This document shows, piece after piece, positions 27,533 to 40,159 of a stretch of 64,000 bases of DNA. Position numbers and translations under genes: made by a program. Source of the stretch: Nymphaea colorata (lineage: Eukaryota). Every line of letters begins with the position of its first letter. The stretch's first letter is position 1. The notes under the pieces are model-generated. The model ran no database searches, was not told the DNA's origin, and saw only the letters and a program-made list of their open reading frames with translations. The DNA lies in assembly GCF_008831285.2 (NCBI RefSeq), contig NC_045138.2, positions 37,820,001-37,884,000 of the forward strand. The letters are read 5' to 3'.

Positions 27533-30500
27533 CCCGTTTGATGGGCGGGTGAAATTTAACGCGGTAAGTTTACCAAGGTAAATTTTTCTAGAAAAATTTA
27601 GTGGATGAAATTTTACCCTCCCCTGTTTGATTGTCGGGTGAAATTTAACGTGGTAAATTTAACCCAGTTTGATGAACATGAAGAATTTAACGTGGTAAAT
27701 TTAACCTTGTTTGATGCACAGGGAAAATTTAACATGGAAAATGTTGTTTTTTTTTCCTTCCCAATTCCACTTTGGAAGGAGCAGAACCCATATATTTCTT
27801 CATCAATCATCCCAAAACAAATCACCATACAGCCAATTCATTAAAAGACACGGTCATTCACACGATATATATAACAAAAAGCAAAAAAAAATATCTAGCA
27901 ACACATTACAACAGAAAACACCTTCTTAACTTAATCTACAACTGCAAAAGTTATATATTTGTTCCCAAAAACATTAAACAGAAATTGTCCACAAAAGTAA
28001 CATGAGTACGAATCCACAAAAGGGTGTACTTTCTACTAAGAAGAAAAAACAAAGTTCAATGAGTACATATCCAACAAAGAAAACATGTAATCACAAAACA
28101 AGTAATCCAACATTTCTGGCTGCACTTTCGTTCTTCAAACTTCGTGTCTTTTATATCTTGCTTTGCGATGACATCTTCAATGAGTGGAGACCTGCTTACT
28201 TGCACACCATACTTGTTCTGGAGATACTCATGCATGTGATTTTCTGCTGAGAATAGAACAATAAGAGATGGTGACACAGTTTAAATATAAATGTGACCAT
28301 AGTAAATCTAAAATCTGAACAAAACAAAGCTGTGAAAATAGAAAACACATCTAAATTCCAATAAAATATATAACACATCTAAATGTCAATAAAAAAATAT
28401 ATAACACATCTAAATGTCAAATAAAATATATAAGGAACAACGATTAGATGCCACCAACCATAAGTTAAGCTAAAGCACTTTCATGTCTCCAAAGAGGGGG
28501 GGGGGGCATGCAGGTGAAGGTGAAGGTGAAGCTAGACGAGGCTGAAAAGCATGTTCATATCTGTATTCTCAAATTCTAATTGCTAGTGAATCCATGTGAA
28601 TGAAAAATGTCCTTCCTTTAAGTAGATTTCAGTCAAATTTCCTCAAAATGATTCAAATATCATGGCTGTTTCTACTATTGTTGGGCCCATAAATGGCTCT
28701 TATACTTGTTCTTTTGGTTAACCTTCCTTTCGAGAAATGAAGTTTCTATCATCCAGTAATTACCATTCATGTTCTTATTTACTCACCCTGTTACAGGGAC
28801 AGGAATTGGACCCAGTGACTGCATTAACTGAGTAATGCTATTTGATAGCAGGTGCTTTCTTATTTTTGTTAATAGGCACACACACACATGCATACGGAAT
28901 TGTGTATCAAATGGATTTAGTTCCAATTGGACCCAGTGACTGCATTAACTGAGTAATGCTATTTGATAGCAGGTGCTTCCAATGACAAAGTATATTGATA
29001 CGATTTTCATTTTCAAAAACAAGGAGCCAACATAAAATATTTATGTTTTTTAGTTTATAAGTCATATTAAAGAAGTTTTTGTTCTCCCTTTTTTGGCTTA
29101 TAAAATGTCAACTGAACAAGAAGGACCTTCTGTTAATTATTAAACTTCTAGACGTGGACAAGTTTCAACTATAAGAGCTTTTGTGTAAACTCATATTTCA
29201 CCAAACTGTCTAAAATAGACAAGTCTTCAGCTTATTTAATAAATTTAACTTCTGTCTTCAAGAAATGAAGATTGGGAAAAAGTGTATAAAGCAGGAATTG
29301 CTCCAAAGTCTCTAAGGTGAATTGACCAACAAAATGTACCCATTTTAGAACAGTATGTTGTTAACTGTCTGCTCATTGGGTAGACTAAAAAAACAATCTT
29401 TTCCTAACTTTACATCATAACTTTACAGGTAAAATAGATCTACTCTTAATTTCAAGAAATATTCAAACCCCATTCGACTCAAAAGGCTAGGCAGAGTGCC
29501 TGGTGACTTGGTGTGGATTGGCTTACAGGTTACTGTGAACAGGACGCTGAGGTCCCACGTTTTTCACATCAAGCTGTTTGAGTGAGAGCACTTGCTCACA
29601 GCCAAATCTTGTGGGTCCTGCAGCCACATGGAACTTGCACCAATTTGTCAAGGCCAATTATATGGCTGGAACCAGGACCATGAGCTTCCTCTCCCAGACC
29701 AGTCCAACAGAACCTACAACTTCATAGCAGGTGTGGATACATTCACAACCACTTAACTATGAAAAGAAAAGCATTTGGTTTTGGTAGCCCACAACTTCAC
29801 CAAATCATTGATGACTAAACAAAGGCGTCAACAGCATAAGAAATTGAACACAGAGAGAGAGAGAGCAACTTCACCAAATAATTGAATGCCTAAACAAATG
29901 CATCAGCAACAAAAGAAATATGATATTGGATGTAGCAAAGACGAGAGAGAGAGGGAGCAGAGCAGAAGAAGAACAGTTTATGCTCCTTTTGTCTTTGCAT
30001 GGAACTGGGAACCACAAGAGAGTCATCCTATTTGACTTTGTAAAACAGGTAAAGGACACACCAAACTCACGGGCGGCCATTTTTGAAAGAAATATTTGAG
30101 CATCTTCCCTTTCTGCGTCTCTTGACAGTCCCAGATAGACAACCCATTATAAGTTATAAGGCACTGTGGTACTCTTACTGTTGGTCTTTCACAAAAGAAC
30201 TTGAGAAGGCAGGACAGGAACTCCAGGAACAGAGATCGATTACTCATTTGTCAGATAGGTTCCTGTACAGGCAACTTGCGTCGCTGAAATCTAAGCCCCG
30301 TTTCTATCTAAGCACCCAAAGGCCGTAATAAGGGATAACATAATGAAACTCAGAGAAAAGAACGGCGATACTGATAACGAGATAAGGTTAAGGCAACCAT
30401 TTCTATGCCTCCAGGGGCTAAGAGAAAAGAATGGCGATACTGTAGGCGATCATCTGCTTTATCAAGATAAAATTCATGCGAAAGAAACAGCACAGAGAAA

Positions 30501-31151
30501 GGGGGAAATGTGGGCAGCTAGCGACGGGGAGAGAGAGAGAGAGAGCGACAGAGAGATATACCGGCAGAAAAATGTCCGACGCCGGCCGCTTGAGGGTGTT
30601 GCGACGGTCGACTGTGAAACCCTGACAGTGAGAAGGAACGAGGGAGGAAAAAAATTGGGGCGTTAGTCTACGCGAAAAAAATGGGGGCATTTGAGGGTGC
30701 TACCCAGCACAGAGAAAGGGGGGAAATCTGGTGAAGAAAGGTAAGAAATGTGGGCAGCTAGCGACAGAGAGAGAGAAAGAGAGGGAGAGAGCGACAGAGA
30801 GATATACCGGCAGAAAAACCTCCGACGCCTGCCGCTTGAGGGTCTTGCGACGGTCGACGGTGAGACCTGGCAGTGAGAAGGCACGAGGGAGGAGGAGTTG
30901 CGGAGGTCGAGCGTTGCGGAGGGACTTCGAGCGCTGCGGAGGGAGGTCGAGCGTTGCGGAGGGACTTCGAGCGCGGCAGCAGAAAAGCATTGATGGGTAT
31001 ATTTCGAGCGGGTGAAATTTCACCCGCTCCCTCTTTGGATAAACGGGTGGAATTTCACCCCGTTTGATGGCGTCTCAAGACGGGTGACATTTCACCCGCC
31101 CGTACAAATTTTTCCTCCCCGCCCACTTTCACCTGCCCATCAAACGGGCCC
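27533..31151. mobile_element. Non-autonomous PIF/Harbinger element 2b, head-to-tail with 2a
   Basis: Left end cccgtttgatgggcgggtgaaatttaacgcggtaagtttacc (27533) nearly identical to 25019 onward; perfect right TIR ATCAAACGGGCCC|TAA at 31139-31154. Confidence 0.82.
28804..28978 (+). repeat. 54-bp identical direct repeat (28804-28857, 28925-28978) inside Harbinger element 2b
   Basis: aattggacccagtgactgcattaactgagtaatgctatttgatagcaggtgctt twice. Confidence 0.9.
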
Positions 31152-33299
31152 TAAAAATGGGTGCGAGCACGGCATTTTTGTAAATCTTGGCACGGCGATG
31201 CAGCTACAATAATCAGTGAACCAATCACCATTATATTTTCGTTTTTTTTTTATTTGGATATGGTTTGGATTTAATTTCGACTCAAAACCAAATTCAAATG
31301 TCGCACCACGTACCGACATACCGGTACTGCTTTACCTGCTGAGTACGCGGCATACCACGGTTAACTGTTTCACTTAATCTTGTATTATAAGAATCCGCGT
31401 CTTTCCGTTTTCTTAGTAAATATACGATTTGAAGTGTGTTTGACAGCTAAATCCGTGTGCTTGGATCAAAAGCATATGGCCTGTGTCGGTAGTAGAGTGG
31501 GCAAAACAAAGCCAAGCTGCATATCATTGCACCCAAGATAATGGGGCATCCGAATACATACCGGCTTTGCTGCTACATACACTTCCAAAATAGTCTCAAT
31601 GCAGACTTGGCATGCATAACTGGGCATGTAAAAAGTATGTCATCAATTTGATTCACATATATCAAAAGATTAACATATGTATTAAATTTTATGAGTCACC
31701 ATCTGCCGACACCAGCCACCAAGTTGCGGAACCGACACCAGCCACCATGTGGCGGGCTCCGCCACTTTATGTGGATGACCCTCTTAATGTATACCACCAA
31801 GACGTGACCCACTCACCCACCTTGTTGTAGGTACTTTAACTGAACGTTTCATAATATTGTGTTCTTAAAACATATCGTTCTTATTACATATTTCACAACT
31901 ACGACTTTATTATGCACTTATGTTGAAATAAATGAAAAGGTATCGCATGGGACCATGTTGAACCTAGTTATATGCACAGGCTCTTGTTAATGCTGCCTAC
32001 TCATAAAAGTGCGTGAGGGATATAGTTGGCCTTATAAAGGCTATGCATTATGCACAACATGTGGATAACCATCTTTAAGTAGAGAGAGAGAGTGACATCC
32101 CAACAAGAGCCATAGGTCACCCCAGTTTTTCAAAAATCAAATTGTTTTTTAAATTAAATTTGTTCCCATAAAGATTTTGAAAATTATGTAATGCCCATCT
32201 TTCAAGAAAATTCTTGGCTCTACCACTAACTATATCATCATAAGCACCGAGTTAGGTACCCATCGGTAGGGACGGAGGGAAGAGGGCCTGCGTAGGCTGT
32301 GGCCGCATCCTAACTAATTGAAAAAAAAAAATTACATTCAAACAAAAAAAAAAACTCCTCACCTCTCTCATATCCCTCCTTTCTCTTTTCTCTCTCTCTT
32401 CTGCTCTTAATTCCTTACTGATATAGATTGTCCGCAGCATCCAGGACAACTATCATCCCTCTCTCTCTTCCTCTTTTCAACCCTTGCACGGGGGTTTCTC
32501 CATTTCACCCATTAAATGGGAAGTGGAATGTACTACAATAGCATTAGTGGAGCTACATATGTGTTTGTCAAAAAATTTCGACTCAAATTTAGATCGGGAT
32601 GAATCAAAAATTGTATATGGTACAGCTCCCATCAAACTTGAATGTATAATTCAAGTGCCCCTCGACCAAAACATCCTGTTTCCTCCACTGCATAATGCTA
32701 TAACTTTTTGAAACAACTTGGTACATTTTTTTTTTCAACATGTATAGTATGAATATATGTTTGGGGAGCACAAATATCAACCGCGGACCCTAAGAACAAG
32801 TTGTTCTTTTTTTGGCATGCCAGGAATGGGAAGAATAAATACAACCCCAAGAAGAGCTGCATTGGCTTTACAATCAAAAGCAAGCATTGAGGAAGAAGCG
32901 TTCTTGCCTATTAAGCAAAGAGCTTGGTAAGCAAAGAGGTTGGAATTGCGCAATACTAGTTGATCATGTCCACATCAAGCTTCGTTTCAAGCCCAATTCC
33001 GGTACTATTGCCTTGTTAATTGGATCCACATTTTCAGGCCAAATATTGACACAATTGGTCACTTAATTCCGAGTCCGGCGGCTAGGAGAACATGGACATA
33101 TGCAATCGGTCAGCGACCGATACAGCAGAAAATGGATTCAGAAGATACTCTTTATCCACTGACTGATGATATGAGTTCATTTGGACGTGATGTTGGAATG
33201 GAAGAAAAAAAATCCATTAGTATATCTGATTACTTGTCTTCTCTTTGGATTCAGAACCTAGTCAAATCAAATATACCAGATCTGTCTACCACGTTAAAG

Positions 33300-33331
<32 letters not shown>

Positions 33332-34241
33332 TTGTGTGTTCTGAACTTATTTTCACGTGTAATTATTGTACAGTATATTTATTAGGAATGAAAATGATAA
33401 TGTATATGTATATGTAGGTGAAACATAAGTATGAAAACTTTGGGCCTTCGTTTTTTTTCATTTTCTAAAGTTAGGATTACCTCTCACATCTGATCAAGGT
33501 TTTCGAGCACAACACGAAGATGAATTCAGGCAATAAAATTGGCAAGACTGAGACTCAGTTCCAAATCTTCAACTTGACATCCTTCATAAGCATCATTTCG
33601 TTTCATATGCATGCATGTACTCCCATCTGTTCTATGCACCATCAAATGATAGTAATGAAGTATAATAAAGAAGATACATTTCCATTAAATGATAGTAATA
33701 ATATATAATAAAGAAGTTACCTTTCCTTTCAGCCAAAAAGAAAACTACTGTGGCCAACTCATTCATTTGATTTAAAAATTGCCTACATTATTTCAAATGG
33801 AGATTGCACTGGAGCTATGTGTCCACATACATATAAATAATACACACACATATATATATATATATACATTGTCAAAATTTGAGAAAAGAAATTGATAAAT
33901 TCTAAAAATTAGGTACATATTATTATTATTATTGGAAGGATTTTCAACTTATTATTATTGAAATTGATGACCTGCAACTCGCCATTAATGCCATTCTTCC
34001 TACCAGCACCGGACTAGCTGCTTCTTTTAGTGTCATTAATGCTAATGTTGGCCTTGTTTTAATAACCAAAGTATTATTGAACTCCTACGAAGACAAAAAT
34101 GAAAAGTTGAAATTCGTAGACACGAAAATAATGGTGGGGGCGAAGTTGAAAGGGATGGTGCAATCATGCGAAGGGGGCTATATATTTATGCAAGCTTAAA
34201 AGATGGCACCATTGCACTGCAGAGGTCAGCCGAACGGCCCG

Positions 34242-34915
34242 ATGATGAGAGGAGGAGCGGCAGCAGATGGTGAAGATGGGGATGAGCGGATTCCGGTCAG
34301 CCCCAACGGCCAGTTCTTCAATAGCTCGGTTCTGTCCGTCTACATTCTGGTAGTGTTCGAGCTGGAGAGCCCCATCGATGGTGGGGAGCAAAGCGAGGAG
34401 ACCCTCAGGAAGGAGCTCTTGCCTATCAGCTCTCGCTTCTCCTCAATCATGGTAGTTTACATGGTGCCCAAATCTTTTTCATCGTTGTGGTCTTGTCTTT
34501 CTCCTTGCTTCTCCTCTCTCTTTTTGTTCGTGGTTTTGTTATGCTTTTTGGCTGTTGGTAGGAGTAATTTTGATGGAAGATTGATCGAATGGCCACTTTC
34601 TTTTCTTATTGAGAACGTGTGATGGTAGCCATTAATCTAGCCACACACACAGAGAGGGGGGAAGAAGGGAAGAAAGAGAGGGAGAGAAATGTTTACATGG
34701 GAATCGAACGAGGGACGCGCCCACTATACGCCACCCTGACCGACCAGTTAGTATAGTTTAGGAGGGTATTGCAGATCACTCACCTGGTATCATGATCTCT
34801 TCTCGCTGCTCCGAAAGAGAAAGGTGGAAGTGCCTTTCGAACTTCGCTGAATGACAATACAAGTCATTGTTGACAGCGAAGCTCTACTCCATCTCTTTTG
34901 GCCAGTTTCCACCCC

Positions 34916-34956
<41 letters not shown>

Positions 34957-37663
34957 GCATCCCCTCATTCAGATGACAATGGTTTATTAATTTGAACTCG
35001 AACTAGTTCGGCCAATTAGAAAAGGCGAAAAAGAAAGTTTGGATTCCCAAATAGCTCTCCTGTCATAAATACGAGACTGGTAGCTGCAAAAAAAAAAAAA
35101 ACCTGGTTGGCGTCACCATCAGATTTAACTTGCTTGGGCATTTTCATGTTGCTTCTGCTTCTGTTTGACGCCTCAAAATGACGTTACCGTCTTCCTCCAC
35201 CCGGCGGCTGGAAGAAATAGTGCACTTTACCAGCTATTCATGTCAGACAACTCGTAAATGTCCCAAGCTGCCTACAGCCTCCAACAAATCAGTCCTGATG
35301 TACCACAAAATTTCTTATGATGCAAAGGGGACTGCATGGGCAGATGTGCAGTCACGGCTTGATTTTCTTGATATGATCGCTGTTTGCAAGCTGAAAGCCT
35401 GTTATAAGAATAGGGTGTTCTGTAACTGCGTGTATTATCAAACAAGGAACGATAAGAACAGCTTTTACATGTTCCAGGCGTTCCATCGCGCAATGCATGG
35501 AATCAAAGCTGGCATCTATTCGGCTGGTGCTGTTGCCAGACTCATACATCCCCTTATAACGTTGGGGCGGGACCTATAAGGGATTGGATTTCTTATTGTT
35601 TCCATGTTTACCTTTCAAAATGGCAAAAAAAAATTCCAGCTTGATTACCCAGATGAGAATGGCGCCATTAAGACATATACTACTTGTGTGCTCATGAATT
35701 TCGTCTTCGCCAATGTTATACGGAAAAACCTCGCATAAAGTACAAATTTCGATGCTCGTTAATGCCACTGACCTTTCATAAAGTTTCGTTCAAGCTTTTA
35801 CTCGTCATACTTCTGAGGTGGAAAAGTTTTCCTATTATTTGTAGGTCAAAGATGAGAAGGGTGTGAAATATTGGAAGCCAGTGAAGGTGAACCTTAAGGA
35901 TCATATGAGGATCCCAACATTCCCCCGTGGATTGTCACCTCAAGAATATGAGAAACACTTGAAAGGCTACCTCTCAGAGATAGCCGTAGAAGAAATGTCG
36001 CAGAACAAGCCCCTGTGGGAGGTCCATTTCTTCAAGTACTGCACTCCTAGTGCAGTGAACACCCTTGTGCTCAAGCTCCACCATGCAATTGGGGATGGCT
36101 TCTCCCTGATGACAGCATTGTTTTCCTGTGTGCGAAGAGCCGACGACCCGTCCCTGCCACTTACATTTCCATCTTGTAATGGTTCCTCTAAGCAACACCG
36201 TTCTAAAATTGAAAACGGAACCATATGGAGACATCTCTCACCGCATTGGATCACCTTTCAAGACTTTGGCTGGAGCCTGCTGAAAAGCAGTTTGATTGTA
36301 GATCCTAAGTCTCCTATAAGATCAGGTGAAGTTGGGGTTGAGTTCAAGCCAGTGTTCATCTCCTGTATTTCTCTTTCACTAGAGGAGATTCGAGAAGTTG
36401 GAGAAGAATTGAAGGCAGTAAGTTTCTTTGATCTATCTTTGATGTAAATTTCCTGTTCATTTGCTTACAAGAGTCCAACTTATCCGCAAAAAAGTGCTAA
36501 GCGTGAAGCCTCGTTTTTATAAACTAAAGTGCTTGAATGTTATGAAAATCTAAATAAACTTTTTTTGTTTTTAGTTTCAACAGTATTTTGGCACTAAAAA
36601 CTACAACACACCAACCTATTTTTCGGTGTTCCAGAACTTATCAGACAAAAGGTCACGAAAACGACCAAAGATTAGAAGATATTAATACTTTATCTCCTCT
36701 TTTGACAATTCTAGGCACCCATATTCAACCAAACCATCCATCAAGGTTAATTGCTAGAAGGAAAACATGGTTCACATTTTACTGTACTGTCTTAATTGTC
36801 CGCTGATTTCTTGCCTTTTTATTTTCACGGCAGACCGTGAATGATGTAATCACAGGGACTGTATTCTATGGCATTCAGTTGTACATGCACCGCATGAGTC
36901 CGGGCTCAGAAAACTTACCTGCCACTGCATTGGTGTTGCTAAACACAAGAAGTCTCTCTAAGCATCTGTCTTTGGAGGATATAAGCAAGGATGGAGCTGA
37001 AGCGTCCTGGGGAAACCAGTTCGGATATATACATGTTCCTCTCCCTGCATGCAAATGCATCAAGAAGGCGAACCCAATCGATTATGTGCTTGAAGCACAA
37101 GAACTGATCAGTAAAAAGAGGAGCTCACTGAGTGTATATCTAATTGGGAGATTCTTAGAGATGCTAAGGAGGCTAAGAGGCCCTGAGGTGTGCCTAATAC
37201 TTATAACCAACCATGTCAAATGGGTAGTCACCATTTGACAATGTTTGAAGCATGGCTGGAGCATGACAGAGATAGGGATTTAAAATTGTTACGTTCTGAT
37301 TTGGTTCAACCGGCCGATCGGATTTGAGTTCACTTGGTTCATTTCCTTCGGCAAAAGCTGGATCCCCAGCTCTAGATTTGGACTCATATCAAGTTCTTCA
37401 TCTGAATTTGAATCAGCACATGACTGAATATCCAAATTTGCATTAAATTGGAACTTATATGACACTTTTGCTTGTTACAGGCAGCAGCAGAGCACATCCA
37501 TTCGACACTAGTAAACACCAGCTTCTGCCTTACAAACGTAATTGGCCCATTGGAGAAGATATCCATGGCGGGCTGTCCTGTCAAATGCTTCTATTCCATG
37601 CCGACGCATACACCGCAGGTTGGTATGCTCGTTAGACAGGCACATGTGCATGCAAGAGTGTGC

Positions 37664-37741
<78 letters not shown>

Positions 37742-37971
37742 CACAATGCCCTGTTTAGATTCGTCTGCCATGGCTGATAGAGAGTTGCTAATGTCTGCAG
37801 AGCCTCACCATATCAGTGCTGAGTTACATGGGGAAGCTGAGATTGTCTGTAGGAGGAGAGCAAGGTTTCTTAGATTCTGAAGCGATGACAGGATGCTTTG
37901 AAGAAGCATTTGCCAAGATATTTGATGCTGTAAGGGGGAAGCGTAAAACAACGCCCTCAAGCAGACTTTAA
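34242..37971 (+). CDS. WSD1: WSD1-like acyltransferase, copy 3, intact; join(34242..34451,35845..36417,36834..37187,37481..37618,37801..37971), 481 aa (494 aa if the upstream in-frame ATG at 34203 is used)
   Basis: Exons 1-4 have the same sizes as copy 1 and canonical splice sites; HHAIGDG intact; last exon SLTISVLSYMGKLRLSVGGEQGFLD...TPSSRL, stop TAA at 37969-37971. Confidence 0.92.
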
Positions 37972-40159
37972 GATCAGACCCTCCCTTCTCCGATTTTCCT
38001 ACTATTTTTCAATGCAAAGAAGTAAATAAGGATTTGAAGTGTGGAATGTGGATGAACCATTGATCTTTTGTCCTATTAACAAAAACATGCCACACCAGAT
38101 CTATGGATTTCAAATAGAGAGTAATCAAACTCCCCCAATGATTTTGGAATTAGAAAAATGTTTTTATGTTGTAAAAACAAAATCTAAACCCAATTGTTGC
38201 CAAATCTACAATGTAAATCACATATATACAGAACAGTTAAATTTGCTTACAAAGACATTAACCGTGGTCGTTGAAGAGGTACTGATGCATAAGCTTTTGC
38301 GGCGCGCTCTCTCCCCCACATATGAATGCGTAAATGTCGGCATATAAGGCATGAAAATTAAGGAAATAGCAGGATGTATGCTCAAGCCAGATCCCGAACG
38401 ACACAGGAACCATTTACCAACCTACTTGCGTCTATTCTCATGGATACAAGTCGAATATCAAGAACTCGCTACCAATCTTATCTAAAGAGACTGTGCTGAA
38501 TCTATATGGTCCAATTTGATTAGAATGACAGAAATTAGATCTGAGCTATGAAACTGGTGCAATCTTAAAGGCGAACACCCGTGCACTCATTTAGAGGGGC
38601 ATATGACAACCCAGATTTTGAGAATAGATACATGTAAGGGTCGAATGTGCTAGAGATCCAAATTTTGGACTTGAAATCTGACAATGAGAGAGGACCAACT
38701 AGAGTCAAATGGTCGGTCGCTTAAACGAAAATGGGACATCAAATCTCAATTCTGCTCCCATGATCCATAGTGGGAACGGTTCGGGTTTGGCCATGGCTGA
38801 CCCGACCCTCCCATGCGGCACCTCGCCCACCCATCTCGCCCCTTTGGACTCACATCCACTCTTGGCCCGAACCGTTTGTATTAGCTGGCTCCTCCGAACT
38901 AGAAGCCGGGTGCCGGCTTCCTTCGCCGACGGGAGACAAAAAAAGGCAGATACTGCGTTCACCGTGGATCAAGACGAGATCGGACGGCTGACAGCGATTC
39001 TCTCCTTAGGGTTTCCAAGGGACCCTCTCAGAAAGCCTATTAAAGGAATTCCCTCCACTTGTTTAGTCCGTGTGGTTCGCAGTCGCGTTGTTCTTGTAGA
39101 TGTGTGGTGTCTCTGGGTTTTTCGGAGACGGGTGCTTCTGCATTTGTGGTTTTGGTTTATTTTTCTCTGTTTTCTCTTCTCCAGAAACGATGATCTCGAT
39201 TCTTAAACTTGGTCCTCTTTTGTGACTTTGTTTAGATTTGGTACTCTTGGGTCGCCGTTTTCTGAGACAGTAGTTCATTTTTGCGTCTGGTGTTGCTCTC
39301 TTTCCCTATCTCTGTTTCTTATTTACTTTTTTTCTTCGGCAATGTTTTCATGGGCTTTTTATTAGCCTGATTTGGGTCCTTTTCTGTTTCGAAGATGATG
39401 ATGAACATGAAGTCATTGAGTTATGATCGTCTCGATATGATTATAACATCCATCGCTACGTTCTTTCTGAATCATTATCGTATTTTCTTTCTTTTCCGGA
39501 TTGCGTGTATTGGGTTTGGTTTTCTATGGATGGGGATGAAAGAAAAACATAATCCAACACTTGAACTGAAGCAAATGCTTTGTGATGGATCATCGTTGTT
39601 TCTGAATCTCAGGGCTGCTCTTGCTTTAAAATGTTTTTTCACTTTTGGGATGCTCTGTTTCTATTTCTGGTATTCTTGGGTTCTTTTCATCAGATGATGA
39701 GATCAGAAAAATCTTAGGACACCTTCCTACACAGTTGGATTCAACTGTGGATGAGAACGACTATTCATTTCTGATGATGAAAGAATTATGGATATTATTT
39801 TTCGGTTTTTATTTTTTTAGTTGCACTGTTTTGACCACTCTTTTTTGAAAACTTTTAGTGAGTGTTATTTGTTTTGATCCAAATAAACCAGTCTAAGAGT
39901 TGATTTCTTGTGGTTTTATTGCTTTTAACTCTCTCCAATCACATGTACAGGTTTCGAGCTCTAGGAAAACTATCAGTATTGAAAATCCAATCGACCGACT
40001 AATTACCAAATAAGTCGTCAATTTGTTATCCTACCTATAGAGACAAATGGTGGGATCGTGGGACAACCAAATTTTGCTGAAAGTTGACCCAAATCACATC
40101 CAGTAAAGCAAAAAATATGAAAAACACTTTCCCTAACTACGAACGTAAGAAAGAACCCC

